A DNA stretch of 52,890 nucleotides from a virus (lineage: Duplodnaviria > Caudoviricetes). The notes beneath the pieces were generated by a model. It was given only the letters and a program-made list of their open reading frames with translations. It had not been told where the DNA came from and searched no databases. Below, piece after piece: positions 27,879 through 37,932 of this stretch (position 1 is the first letter of the stretch; the number at the start of each line of letters is the position of its first letter). The DNA lies in IMG/VR virus record IMGVR_UViG_3300033412_000021, positions 1 through 52,890 of that record; one strand, written 5' to 3'. The position numbers were made by a program, and so were the translations under genes.

Positions 27879-30800
27879 GGCCGTGCCGGGACTGCTGCTG
27901 CCCCGGCAGGTCTCCTCGGGCCCGCAAGATTGCGCGTTGCTGCTCGGCGATGTCGGAGAACACCCGGTCCAGTAGGGCCGCCCTTTGGGGGAACAGGTCC
28001 CGGAAGAAAACCGGCAGGGATCCGTTGGGGTGTTGCCCGTGGGCGTGGACCCTGCCGACCTCGTGTTGCAGGTACATCATCACCGATTCGGCGAAATCCT
28101 CCAGGAGGGAAGATTTTCCATAATCGGTGACACCGTCGGGGACTTCCCGGCCCGCACCATGCTTCTTGTCGACTCCGTCCTCCAAGACGTTATGGGGAAC
28201 GAAACCCGGCGGTAGGGGGACGTGGGAGTCCGCGCCGATTGCAGCTCTCCAGGCGGGCCCTTCCGAGTTGACTTTGGCTAGCAGCGCCGGTCCGCGTCCG
28301 TCCACGTTGTGTCCGTACTCGTGGCGTAGCGAGAATTCGACATCGTTCGGGTGCATGCGGGTGCCAGCCCCCCAGACGTGTACCTTTCCCTTGCTTGCCG
28401 TCATCGCCGATACGTGTTCCGTGCCGAACCGTTTCGCCCAATACCCATCGTCGGGGTTTGCACCGTTGAGCCAGGCGATTCCGTGCTGAAGGGTACGGGC
28501 GTGGGGCAGCGACGACTGGAACCTGTCGAGGAAGCTCACGACGGCGTCATGGTTCTGGCCTGGCTGGTCCTCGATCAGATACGTGGTGCCGTTCCTGCGG
28601 ACCATGCGGCCCCGCCCCACGACATACCCACTGGACAGTTTCAAATCGCGGACCGGTACGCCGTCGGCGTCGGTGTCGCCGGGGGGCAATTGTCGATGCC
28701 ATTCGTCACCGTGGTCGCCTGTGATCACCGGCCCGCTAGGCGGTGTGGCGACTGGAACCTTTGCTCGCCCCTTCGCTACCACCGTTGCGGAGCCCCGAGC
28801 GGCTCCCGGGGCGTCAGCTTTTCCCGGCGGCTCCAAAGCAGAACGGTCCAGTTTTTCGACATCTTCGATGGCTTTACGGACCGCTGCATCGATCTCGAAT
28901 TTGCCTTCCTTCGACTCGTGGCGACGGTTGGCGAGGTCGCGTAGCCGGGAGATGAGACGGAACTTGCCCAACTGCCCAGACTCCCAATCGTGGGCAATCT
29001 TGGAAAGTAGTTCCAGCTCCGATCCTTGATGATCGGTGTCGTGAGCTAGCGGGACCTGCGCCAGTTTCCGCATCAGCGTCTTCAGCGGCGCCGGTGTAGC
29101 CTCCGGTAGCTCCGGCGTCTTCCCTTCCGGAACTGACAGCTTCTCCACAGCGGCAGCCACAGCCGCCTTCGCTCTTGACCCGGCGGGCAGTTGTGCCTCC
29201 AGCGCCTTCAGCTTCTCCAGTTGCTGTTTAGCAGTGGTTTTTCCCGCCACAGTGTCGGTAGCGATATGGCCGAGGACATTGTCGAGGCGGTCACCGTCAA
29301 CGTTTAGGCCCGCGTCCGTGCCCAGACCAGAGATGGCCACACCGATAGCTCCGTCGGGATGGAAGTGGACATCTCCAGGCTTGCGCAGGCCACCCCAACT
29401 GTTTGCAACCTTCGCCTTCGTAGACATGCGTCCCGCCATGACTGCCGTCTGCGGGGACGACGGAGCCTCCGGGCCACTTTCCGGTCGCTTGACTCTCGAC
29501 CCGAGGATCGCGTTGCTGTCCTCGCTGGCGCCTGCCCAGCGGATCAGAGTGTTGCGCAACTGCTGGGCGGTGTCGCTCTTGCGGTAGGGAACGTTGCCCT
29601 CGTCGGCCAATGCGACCAGGTCCCGTTTCGGCAGATCCTTGATCATCTCGCGGGCCTTGTCGCGACTTTGCAGCGCGTCGAACTTCTTCCACTGCTCCTT
29701 GACGTCCTGAGACTCTTTCGCTGGGGCCGCCACCGTGGCCACATCGGCTTTGGACAACTGGAGTTGGTCTCCGCCCTCGTTTACCGCATGGCCGGGCCGG
29801 ACAACAGTCACTTTCGCGCCCTTAGCTGGGGCCTTTCCTACCGCCTTGTGTTTCGCCGGGTCGAACGCCACCGTCTCTCCGGCCCGGCCGATCGGGGACA
29901 ACCCGGCCCCAGCATGGGCACCCCTGGCGACGGCATCCATTTCCTCGATCGAATCTGCTGCTGCAAGCCTCTTGGCCAGCGCCTGGACCTGCGCGTTGTC
30001 TGGATATTGGCGAGCCTTCCCGGCCACTCGGCCCTTCGCCACATCGAGATCTGCCCCAGATCCGCGCATTTCATCGACTTCAGCAATGACGTCAGCCACC
30101 TCGGTTGCCTTCGCCAACTTGGCCCGAGACTCCCGAGCTGCTGTCGCCTTCGCCACGACCGTCTTACCTGCGGGTTTCTCGGCCTTCGGGGCTGGAGCTT
30201 CCGACTTGGTACTGGGTTCACTTGTAGCAGCAGGGGTCTCCTGGGCAGGCTTCTTCTCCTCCGGGCCCAGGCCGAGATGCTCACGGCCCTTGGGCGTCAG
30301 GAAGTAGTGCGAGGTCTTCAGCGTCCCGGCGCCAACCTTGTTACCTTCGTCGTCTCGACGTTCGATCAGGCCCCGATCCTCCAGGCGCCGGAGGGTAGTC
30401 ACGTTGAGGCCCTTGCCCCCGGAGCGGCCACGGGCGATAACGCCAGCTTCGATCTTCTCCCCGCGCCCCTCCCGAGCAGCGACTTCTTCCAGGTTGCGCT
30501 GCTGGGCATCGGTCAGATCGCCCCTGGCGACAACCGTCTTCCCGGCGGGCTTCTCAGCTACTGACGCCCCAGCTGCGCTGACATCAGAAGCTTTAACGCC
30601 GCTACGGATCGCTTCAGAATTACGTCGGCTTCCTACCGTATGCTCACGAATATTCGCTCGGATATCAGCTACAGGGCCATTCGGGGAAACGTAGTAGGAC
30701 CGGGCCAAATCCTTGAGCCGCTGTCCCTTTACTTCGGCTAGGATCCGGTCCGCCTCTTCGCGGGTTTTGACCTCACCCAATTTCCCACGAATGTCGTCCA

Positions 30801-33645
30801 CGCCATCGGATCCTGCCCCCTTGGCAACTACTGTCCTCCCAGCGGGCTTCTCCGGCTTTGCCGTTTCTGGCTTCTGCGCCTCAGCCTTCGGGATGAGACC
30901 TTCGCGTTCGAGAACCTTCCGGGTGGCGGGGTGGATCTTCGCATTCGGGTCAGCTTTCAGCGCATCGATAGCCTTCTGCTGCGCCGGGGTGACCTTGTGT
31001 TCCTTCTTCGCGACGATCGTCTTCCCGCCGACCTCCTTGCCGGTCTTGGCATCGACTACCGCAATCCGACCGCCCGGGCTCTTTTCCTTCTCGCGCATTG
31101 CCGAAGCGGTCTGGTCAATGAGACGGTCCTTCTGCTCATCAGACAGGCCGTCCCAGACCTTCTTCTGCTCCGGTTCGAGCATGTTCCCAAGAACGTCACG
31201 ACGAATCTTCAGCTTCTCTTCGTCGGTCATCTTCGGGTCTTTGGCCTCGGCAGCGTCTACCTTCTCTTCGACCCGTTTCGCATCAACCTCAGGTACTGCC
31301 ACATCGACAACCGGACGGCGCAAGGTGATGTCCTTCTCGCCGTCGTTCAAGGTGTAGCCCGGACGGACGATCTCCACCTTCTCGCCCGGACGGTGGTCAT
31401 CTGATCCGATCCGCTGATGCTTGGTGCGGTCGAACGGCGTAACCTGACCCGCCCGCCCGGACCTGCTCAGGCCGTGGGATTCGGCGTACTGGTTAGCGAT
31501 CCGGCTCATCTCTGCCGTGGTCTTCGCAGCCTGAAGCTTGTCGTTCAGCTCGGCCAAGTCGTCTCCGCCGGGTTCTCCCTTGAACCGTTCGGCCATCGAC
31601 GCCATGCGCTTCTTGGACTCGTCGAGGGTGTTCTCGTTGAAGTCCAGCTCGTCCATGGCGGAAGCCATCTCGGCTACAGCTCGGGCCCGGTCAACGTGAT
31701 GCTGACGGGTACGTCCCTCGTCGTGAGTGCCTGCTGCTTTGACCTGCTCGCCGATGTGGCCCCGGCCCTTAGTCGGCTCTGGCGCTTTCTTCTCGGCGTT
31801 GCCCATGTCTTCGAGCTGCCGGTCAACCTGCTCCAAGCGGATGGAGACACGCTGGTGCTCGTCGAGCAGGGCCTCCTTCCGGTCACCGGTGACTCGTCGA
31901 TCGGACTCTAGACGATCGTTGATTTTCATCAACTTTTCGCCGAGCTGGTCTCGCTCCTTACGCAAAGCATCTGCCGAAGTTGCCTTCTTCTCCGGGGCTT
32001 TCTTCTCCGGCTCTTTGGTCGGAGCAGCCTTCTTCTCTGGCGCCTTCTTCTCTGGCGCCTTCTTCTCCGGCTTCGGCTCCGGCTTCTTGTCCTCTTTCGG
32101 CTCGGGGCGGTGGCTGCCAGCCGCCGCTACATCGCGGAGGTGGGCGGCTCGTTTCCGGTCCGCTTCCCGCTCGGCATCGATGTCACTTTTTTTAGCGACA
32201 ACTGTCTTACCGCCACCCTTCTTGGCGATGGCACGAGCCGACGCCTCCGGGTTCTTGGCGCCCTTAGCCGGGTACACCCACTTGTTGCCGACCTTCACCT
32301 GTCCGTGCGGGCCACGCCCGGGAACGTCTTCGAACTCGCCACCGTGGGGGTTGTCGATGTGGCGACTGCGACGGGCTCCAGGTACGCCGGGGACCCGGGG
32401 CTGACGGTGTCCGCCGGGCATGTCCCGGAACTCTTCGAGAGCTGCTCCGACAGCAGAAACGAGAGCGGCTTCGGCTACTCGCTCACTGCTGGGGTGACGG
32501 TCCCACGGGGCCTGGATGTTGGGGTCGTCGAGTTCGGCGGCAAGGTGGTTGTAGATCTGGGTAATGACGCCGCGCAGGCGGATTTTGTCTTCTTCGGGGA
32601 TGTTCGGCAGGCCACCGTGGGCGCCGGACAGCAGGGCCGCAGCGGCGTAGACGGCATGGTAGATGAGGTAAGGCTTACCGTCGATGATGTCGCCCCAGGG
32701 GAGCTTGTACCCGTCACGGCCCAGGGCGTCGCCGTTCGGGTTGACCCACAGGAACATCTTGTCGAGCTGCGCCCGGTCCTGACCTGCCCACGCTTCGATC
32801 CGCGACACGGCATCGTCAGCGTCGAACTCAGCTTCCCGGGGCGCAACGGGTGCACCTTTCCAACCCGTGCCGTTGACGCTGAAGTCTTCGATGTCGTCGA
32901 TGGCGGCGGTGACAGTCTCGGGTTCCTCGTCGTCGAACTGGAGCCGCAGGTCAGCGAACGCGGGGATGCGCACGATCGTCGCTGACCGCATCCGACCCTC
33001 TTTCAGGGTCTGGAGGTGCTTGCCGTCCGCGCCGGGACGCAGGGCTGCCGTGTACGAATCCAGGTCTACGCTAGCCCCGGCAACACCGTGTTCGATCAGG
33101 TGTTCGGCTTTGCGCACCTCGGGGATGATGTCCGGGTCGAGCATGTAGCCACGTCCCCAGATGAACGGCTGCCCATTATGCATGCGTTCCTCGGCATGCT
33201 CAATGACAGCAACGGTTACAGCGCCGTCGTGGCCGCGTCCGCTGTGTTCCTGCCATCCGAACGGCATCGGGAACGTCTGATATTTGAGGGTGTTCGGGGG
33301 GAAGATGCGACCGTCACCGGTCGGGGTGCCGATCGGTGCCAGCGGCCCGGACCAGGGGCGGCCTTTGAATCCGCTGCCCATGGCAGCGATGAGGTAGTCC
33401 AGGGCATGGGCGCCCTTGTGGGCGTTGACGCCGGGCCATTCACCGGTGGCGAGCTTGTGCAGGTTGGCGCAGAAGCCTTCGATCATGTGACCGGGAATGC
33501 CGTGCGCACGGGCGAAGGCTTCGCAGCGTTTGAAGTCGCCGGGACTGCCCCAGCCGATCTCGGCCGCGCCTTTGCCGTGGGTGTCCGAGCGGATCAGTTG
33601 CGGCGGGATCCGTGTGGTGACCGTGTTGTCGGCCAGGGTCTCCAT
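27862..33645 (-). CDS. Giant multidomain head protein: protease-like N-terminus, GrpE-like, HeH and wHTH modules, C-terminal zincin
   Basis: ~1927 aa; TGDGRIF...GHDGAV...GASVDLD; two FDxxKH...VRPG domains; HEYGH...VTDYGKSSLLEDFAES. Confidence 0.75.
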   Translation of the reverse strand: METLADNTVTTRIPPQLIRSDTHGKGAAEIGWGSPGDFKRCEAFARAHGIPGHMIEGFCANLHKLATGEWPGVNAHKGAHALDYLIAAMGSGFKGRPWSGPLAPIGTPTGDGRIFPPNTLKYQTFPMPFGWQEHSGRGHDGAVTVAVIEHAEERMHNGQPFIWGRGYMLDPDIIPEVRKAEHLIEHGVAGASVDLDSYTAALRPGADGKHLQTLKEGRMRSATIVRIPAFADLRLQFDDEEPETVTAAIDDIEDFSVNGTGWKGAPVAPREAEFDADDAVSRIEAWAGQDRAQLDKMFLWVNPNGDALGRDGYKLPWGDIIDGKPYLIYHAVYAAAALLSGAHGGLPNIPEEDKIRLRGVITQIYNHLAAELDDPNIQAPWDRHPSSERVAEAALVSAVGAALEEFRDMPGGHRQPRVPGVPGARRSRHIDNPHGGEFEDVPGRGPHGQVKVGNKWVYPAKGAKNPEASARAIAKKGGGKTVVAKKSDIDAEREADRKRAAHLRDVAAAGSHRPEPKEDKKPEPKPEKKAPEKKAPEKKAAPTKEPEKKAPEKKATSADALRKERDQLGEKLMKINDRLESDRRVTGDRKEALLDEHQRVSIRLEQVDRQLEDMGNAEKKAPEPTKGRGHIGEQVKAAGTHDEGRTRQHHVDRARAVAEMASAMDELDFNENTLDESKKRMASMAERFKGEPGGDDLAELNDKLQAAKTTAEMSRIANQYAESHGLSRSGRAGQVTPFDRTKHQRIGSDDHRPGEKVEIVRPGYTLNDGEKDITLRRPVVDVAVPEVDAKRVEEKVDAAEAKDPKMTDEEKLKIRRDVLGNMLEPEQKKVWDGLSDEQKDRLIDQTASAMREKEKSPGGRIAVVDAKTGKEVGGKTIVAKKEHKVTPAQQKAIDALKADPNAKIHPATRKVLEREGLIPKAEAQKPETAKPEKPAGRTVVAKGAGSDGVDDIRGKLGEVKTREEADRILAEVKGQRLKDLARSYYVSPNGPVADIRANIREHTVGSRRNSEAIRSGVKASDVSAAGASVAEKPAGKTVVARGDLTDAQQRNLEEVAAREGRGEKIEAGVIARGRSGGKGLNVTTLRRLEDRGLIERRDDEGNKVGAGTLKTSHYFLTPKGREHLGLGPEEKKPAQETPAATSEPSTKSEAPAPKAEKPAGKTVVAKATAARESRAKLAKATEVADVIAEVDEMRGSGADLDVAKGRVAGKARQYPDNAQVQALAKRLAAADSIEEMDAVARGAHAGAGLSPIGRAGETVAFDPAKHKAVGKAPAKGAKVTVVRPGHAVNEGGDQLQLSKADVATVAAPAKESQDVKEQWKKFDALQSRDKAREMIKDLPKRDLVALADEGNVPYRKSDTAQQLRNTLIRWAGASEDSNAILGSRVKRPESGPEAPSSPQTAVMAGRMSTKAKVANSWGGLRKPGDVHFHPDGAIGVAISGLGTDAGLNVDGDRLDNVLGHIATDTVAGKTTAKQQLEKLKALEAQLPAGSRAKAAVAAAVEKLSVPEGKTPELPEATPAPLKTLMRKLAQVPLAHDTDHQGSELELLSKIAHDWESGQLGKFRLISRLRDLANRRHESKEGKFEIDAAVRKAIEDVEKLDRSALEPPGKADAPGAARGSATVVAKGRAKVPVATPPSGPVITGDHGDEWHRQLPPGDTDADGVPVRDLKLSSGYVVGRGRMVRRNGTTYLIEDQPGQNHDAVVSFLDRFQSSLPHARTLQHGIAWLNGANPDDGYWAKRFGTEHVSAMTASKGKVHVWGAGTRMHPNDVEFSLRHEYGHNVDGRGPALLAKVNSEGPAWRAAIGADSHVPLPPGFVPHNVLEDGVDKKHGAGREVPDGVTDYGKSSLLEDFAESVMMYLQHEVGRVHAHGQHPNGSLPVFFRDLFPQRAALLDRVFSDIAEQQRAILRARGDLPGQQQSRHGPRNPF

Positions 33646-34352
33646 CACGCCTCCAAGACGGCCGTACACCGGCAGTTGATCACTTCTTCGGGAGGTCCCG
33701 CTTTGTCGCCGGGGTACTGCATCGGCCACGTTCCCACCAGGAATGGTTCCAGAAGCGGACGAACCTGTCCATCTGCCTCTTTATGTGTCGGGCGTACATG
33801 GTCGTCGTGGGAGGCGACCCACCGTTTCGTCATCGGAGTGCCGAGGTCACGTTGGGCCCGCTGGGCGCTGGCGAACCAGCCAGCGTTGTGGGCACCGTTC
33901 ACCTCAGTTACTGCGATCACGTTTGCCCTGTTCTTCCAGTTTTGCCCGTTGGTGTCCAGAATCGTATTGATACGTTCAGCAATGGTCTGTGTCGAGTCAC
34001 CATTGGCGGTGCCTTTAGCGATCTCGTCACGGATCTCAGCGAACACTTCGTCCGGGATCCTCCGGAGAAGGTTCCGGACTTGGGCCAGGTGTTGCTGAAT
34101 GAGCTGGGTGGGCGTATAGGGCGTGGTGTCGGGTACCGAGTCCCAGCCTTCGCGGACCGGGCGCCGCTCCAGCGAGTCGATTACCGTTTCGACGGACCTG
34201 AACCAGTCGTCGTTGTCGGAGTAGACGCCGCCAGGATCAGGAAGCATCCCCCATTCGGTCCAAGGAAACATCACCTTCTTGGCGATCCCTTTCACCCATC
34301 GGATGAGGATCGCCAGAATGAACGTGGCAAATGCGGCCTCCATGGGGGTCAC
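33645..34352 (-). CDS. MuF-like (SPP1 gp7) minor head protein
   Basis: RANVIAVTEV, KRWVASHDDHVRPTHKEADGQ, MQYPGD...EEVINCRC. Confidence 0.92.
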   Translation of the reverse strand: MTPMEAAFATFILAILIRWVKGIAKKVMFPWTEWGMLPDPGGVYSDNDDWFRSVETVIDSLERRPVREGWDSVPDTTPYTPTQLIQQHLAQVRNLLRRIPDEVFAEIRDEIAKGTANGDSTQTIAERINTILDTNGQNWKNRANVIAVTEVNGAHNAGWFASAQRAQRDLGTPMTKRWVASHDDHVRPTHKEADGQVRPLLEPFLVGTWPMQYPGDKAGPPEEVINCRCTAVLEA

Positions 34353-36256
34353 AGTAGGCCCCCACGCTCCAGATAGCCGCGCATTAGCCGGGGCTCATGC
34401 TGCTGATGGTTGACCATCAACGTCGCCGTGTACTCGGTGAGGATCTTGCGGACCAGGTCTGGGTCGCCGGGGATCGCCTGCCCGTTCATCGTCGACTCGA
34501 TGTGTCCGAAGCTCGCCGCCAGCAGCTGCCGGGCCCGGTCCTCGGTCACATCCAGAGACAGGTACGCCTCGTCGGCGGCCATGTTGCGGAACTGGGCGCC
34601 GCCCGGACCGCGCAGCAGAGCCTTGCCTGCCTTCTCCAGTGCCTGGCGTACGTGCAGATCGGCCATAGTGACCAGGGCCCAGGTGGCAGAGGCCGTCAAC
34701 TGCCGGTCCTTCGGGCCCGGGGTGGCGTTGTTCGGGGCGCCCGGCAGTGTGGACCGCTGCGGCTGCGACGAAGGGTTGATGTCCTTCAGGGTCCGCTCAG
34801 GCGGCGGCGGAGCTGGCGGCCGTCCCTGCGCGCCACCGATTCCAGGACCGCCAGGCTGACCCGGAAGTGGCGGGGCGGGCATCGAAATGTCCTTGATGCC
34901 GAGTTCGGCCTTCTCCCGGATCTCAGGGATCTGCAACAGGTTCGCGGCGTCAGACTTCAGCAGGGTCCGGATGAAGTTGCGCTGGTCTTCTTCCTTGCCG
35001 ATCTTCGCCGACTCGGGCAGATCGGCCGCCTTCAACACCTCATCTACGCCGACCATGCCCTCAGCAAACATCTCCATCGTCTCTTTGAGACGATTGGGCC
35101 GGGTGACCAGGGAGGCACAGTCGAACCAATACTTGTACCTGCCCGGATCCTTACCCTTCATCCTCAGGACAGGCTTCAGATAGTTGTCGGTGAGCGCGTT
35201 GCAGATACGCGTCATGACCGGCTTGACCACATTATCCACTGTGGACTGTTCGATGCCGGGTCCGTTCCAGTGGTTGCTGTCGGACATGCCGTTGACGATC
35301 TCGGGCGCCACGTCCATGCCCCGCGACACCGTTCCCCGGCACTCGCCACGCAGTTCCATGGCCTGCTGGGACAGGATGGAGCCGAAGATGATCGGGTCTT
35401 TGATCGCGGCCAGGGCTTCAGGGTCGGCTCCGGCGAGAATGGGAACGAGCTGTGAGGCGTTGCCGAAGTTGTTGATGTTGAACTTGGCGCCGTCCATCAG
35501 CCGCCGGAACAGCCCGTCCATGCCCGCCGGATAGTCGTCAGACGCCGGGAAGTCCAGGTTGTTCGGCAGGAACCAGACACCACCAGACGCCAGGCGGCTA
35601 CGGGCCTGGGCGAGGATGTACTGGGTGAGGATCTCCAGCTCGATCAGTGTCATCTGCAACGAGCGGCCCGGGGAGTAGGCGGCGATCGTGTTCTGCGGAT
35701 GCGGGGTCCAGGTGCGGAAGATGATGTCGCGGCCTTCGCGCAGCGTGTATTCCTTGTTGCCGAAGCTGTAGGCGAACTGGCGTTGCGGCTGAGCGCCGGG
35801 GTACTGGAAGAAGTCTTCGAGACGTCGCAGCTCGTTGAACTGGACAACGAACCAGCGGTCGAATTCTTCGCCAGCACCGAGCGCGTCCAAGCCGATCGTC
35901 CAGAACTCTCCGGACACCATCTGGGCGGTGCCCATGAGATTCAACAGTTCCGGCTGAGCTTCGGGTCCACCGAGGACAGTTGAGGCGAGCTTGCCGACAG
36001 GGTTCGTCGGGGCTACTTCCTTCTGGATCTGGCCACGGTCGTCGACTTCAGCAACATAGATCCGGACCCGGGAACAGGCTTGGCCGACATAGTTCGCGCA
36101 TCGGGCAAACTCGGGCACACAGTCGTATAGACGCCACAGTTCCTGCTGCCAAGCAGAGTCGAGGGACGCGTAGATCGGCCACAGCGGGTTGTTGAGGTCA
36201 ACGGCTGCCGCCGAGGCGATGACGCCTGGCGTCTTTTTGCGGCGACCGATGGCCAC
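34349..36256 (-). CDS. Portal protein
   Basis: Position between terminase and MuF; WQQELWRLYD.VPE, SRLASGG, NHWN. Confidence 0.8.
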   Translation of the reverse strand: MAIGRRKKTPGVIASAAAVDLNNPLWPIYASLDSAWQQELWRLYDCVPEFARCANYVGQACSRVRIYVAEVDDRGQIQKEVAPTNPVGKLASTVLGGPEAQPELLNLMGTAQMVSGEFWTIGLDALGAGEEFDRWFVVQFNELRRLEDFFQYPGAQPQRQFAYSFGNKEYTLREGRDIIFRTWTPHPQNTIAAYSPGRSLQMTLIELEILTQYILAQARSRLASGGVWFLPNNLDFPASDDYPAGMDGLFRRLMDGAKFNINNFGNASQLVPILAGADPEALAAIKDPIIFGSILSQQAMELRGECRGTVSRGMDVAPEIVNGMSDSNHWNGPGIEQSTVDNVVKPVMTRICNALTDNYLKPVLRMKGKDPGRYKYWFDCASLVTRPNRLKETMEMFAEGMVGVDEVLKAADLPESAKIGKEEDQRNFIRTLLKSDAANLLQIPEIREKAELGIKDISMPAPPLPGQPGGPGIGGAQGRPPAPPPPERTLKDINPSSQPQRSTLPGAPNNATPGPKDRQLTASATWALVTMADLHVRQALEKAGKALLRGPGGAQFRNMAADEAYLSLDVTEDRARQLLAASFGHIESTMNGQAIPGDPDLVRKILTEYTATLMVNHQQHEPRLMRGYLERGGLL

Positions 36257-36258
36257 TG

Positions 36259-36573
36259 TCAGCTCCCGTTGTTGAGACGACCGGCTGCGTGGGCTACCGA
36301 CCAAGCGGCTAAAAAGTACAAACCCCACAACTGTGTATTCATGATAGGGAACCAGGCAGCTGCCGTCACGGGCCAGGCGGTCCACCATCCAGCGCACCAG
36401 GGGCAATGTGCCCAGCGGGTGGCCAGGTGCTGGGAGCCAAGGTGCTTGATCAGCCAGGCCCGCCACGGTTCTGTGATCTCATCTTCGGCGATAAGCCGAG
36501 CAACCCGGGCATTAGCCCCGTGGGCTACGGCCAGCGATACCACAAGCATGGCAATCGTCGCAAGATCTGGCAT
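36259..36573 (-). CDS. Membrane protein (DUF1360-like)
   Basis: ARVARLIAEDEITEPWR...CPWCAGWW; leaderless TATCCT-N6-ATG. Confidence 0.7.
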   Translation of the reverse strand: MPDLATIAMLVVSLAVAHGANARVARLIAEDEITEPWRAWLIKHLGSQHLATRWAHCPWCAGWWTAWPVTAAAWFPIMNTQLWGLYFLAAWSVAHAAGRLNNGS

Positions 36574-36634
36574 GCGCCCAGGATAGTGGCAAATCGGGCA
36601 GCTTGTCACCAACCCGGATTCTTGCCACTCGCAC

Positions 36635-36663
36635 TTGTCGATCGCCGTTTCCCTTATTAGTGT
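36635..36663 (+). promoter_or_regulatory. SigA-like promoter of the array/Cas7-like cassette
   Basis: TTGTCG-N17-TAGTGT; predicted start ~36670, at the first array base. Confidence 0.7.
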
Positions 36664-36669
36664 TCTGAG

Positions 36670-37284
36670 AGTCACGGCTAGCCGGGGTTAGGCTAGGCGG
36701 GTCACGGCTAGGCAGCCACGGCTCGGCCTGGCACGGCGGGTCTAGGCAAGGTTCGGCTAGGCAAGGCAGCCAAGGCGCGGAGCGGAAGCGGCGTGGCAGT
36801 CAAGGCTAGACAAGGCGCGGTTGGGCTGAGCGAGGCAAGGCAGCCACGGCTGGACGTGGCGAGGCAAGGCTCGGCATGGCGGGGCAGCCACGGCGAGGCA
36901 AGGCCCGCATAGGCAAGGCTCGGCTGGGCAAGGCTAGGCAGTCAAGGCGAAGCCAGGCGTGGCAAGGTCCGGCAGGGCACGGCTAGGCGGGGCATGGCAG
37001 CCACGGTTAGGCAAGGCTCGGTAGGGCATGGCACGGCCAGGCAGCCAGGGCTAGGTAGGGCTAGTCGCGGCGGGGCTCGGCTAGGCGCGGCAGCCAGGGA
37101 ACGCAGTGGCTGGGCCCGGCACGGCTGGGTACGGCGTGGCAGTCACGGTTGGACCCGGGGCGGCATGGCCTGGCAAGGCGTGGCATGGCAAGGCAGCCGA
37201 GGTGAGCGCTGGAGACGCGAGGCATGGCTAGGCGCGGCAGTCGAGGCGCGACGGGACGTGGCAAGGCAAGGCACGGCAAGGTCC
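36670..37284 (+). repeat. GGY-NN pentamer array 1 (13 units separated by GGCAGYC); putative guide-RNA array
   Basis: 5-nt period with variable NN; separators at 36711, 36765, 36795, 36839, 36883, 36937, 36996, 37040, 37089, 37138, 37192 and 37236; spacings 9+5n except one. Confidence 0.92.
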
Positions 37285-37314
37285 ACATTGTTCAAACGAG
37301 AGAGGAATGAGAAG

Positions 37315-37932
37315 TTGGCACAGGCGGAACGAGAAACAACGATTGATCTTCAGCCGATCAAGCGGTCCATCATCCCGGTGGAGATCGTGGGCGTAACGCC
37401 TCTGATCCCTCATAAGTGGTCCGAAAAAGCCAAGCGGCTCATGCGTGAGGCCCAAAGCGGCGTCAAAACCAAGGCCGCCAGGGATCCGAAGGTCCCCCAA
37501 GAGGAGGCCGAGGCGAGCCTGTATCGGCTCCCCGACGGAACCCCGGGCATGCCCTCGACAGCGTTCAAGGCAGCCATGGTCGGCGCAGTCCGACTGTTTC
37601 AGGGACTGACCATGGTCCAGGCGAAGTCTTCCCTGTTCGTTCTGGGCGAAGGCCCGGACCAGCTGGTACGCATCGACGCCGGGGATCTGATCCTGCGCGA
37701 GGACACGCCACGTAACGCGAACGGCAACGCCGACCTGCGTTACCGATACGCCCTGTGGCCGTGGACGGCGGTGCTGGAGATCGAGTATCTGGAGTCGTTC
37801 ATCAGCGAGTCTTCGGTGGTCGCGCTTCTGGATGCTGCCGGTGACGGCGGCGTCGGGGACTGGCGTCCGAGCGCGCCGAAGTCTCACACGGGCACGTTCG
37901 GTCGTTTCCGCGTGAAGGCGTTGACGGCCTAA
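37315..37932 (+). CDS. Cas7/RAMP-like RNA-binding protein (Vipr-like)
   Basis: TTG after GAGAGGA; VEIVGVTPLIPH, GMPSTAFKAAM, DLRYR...W, and G-rich loop AGDGGVGDWRP...GTFGRFRV. Confidence 0.8.
   Translation: MAQAERETTIDLQPIKRSIIPVEIVGVTPLIPHKWSEKAKRLMREAQSGVKTKAARDPKVPQEEAEASLYRLPDGTPGMPSTAFKAAMVGAVRLFQGLTMVQAKSSLFVLGEGPDQLVRIDAGDLILREDTPRNANGNADLRYRYALWPWTAVLEIEYLESFISESSVVALLDAAGDGGVGDWRPSAPKSHTGTFGRFRVKALTA

Noticed and set aside
31980-32100. Short tandem DNA repeats here and at ~3913-3941
   Set aside because: Explained by PEKKA and PRPDP peptide repeats in coding regions
36994-37314. G/A/R/W-rich N-terminal extension of the 312-aa ORF, and ORFs 37061-37288, 38412-38651 and 38492-38740
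   Set aside because: These are translations of the pentamer arrays; the RBS and TTG at 37315 mark the likely real start
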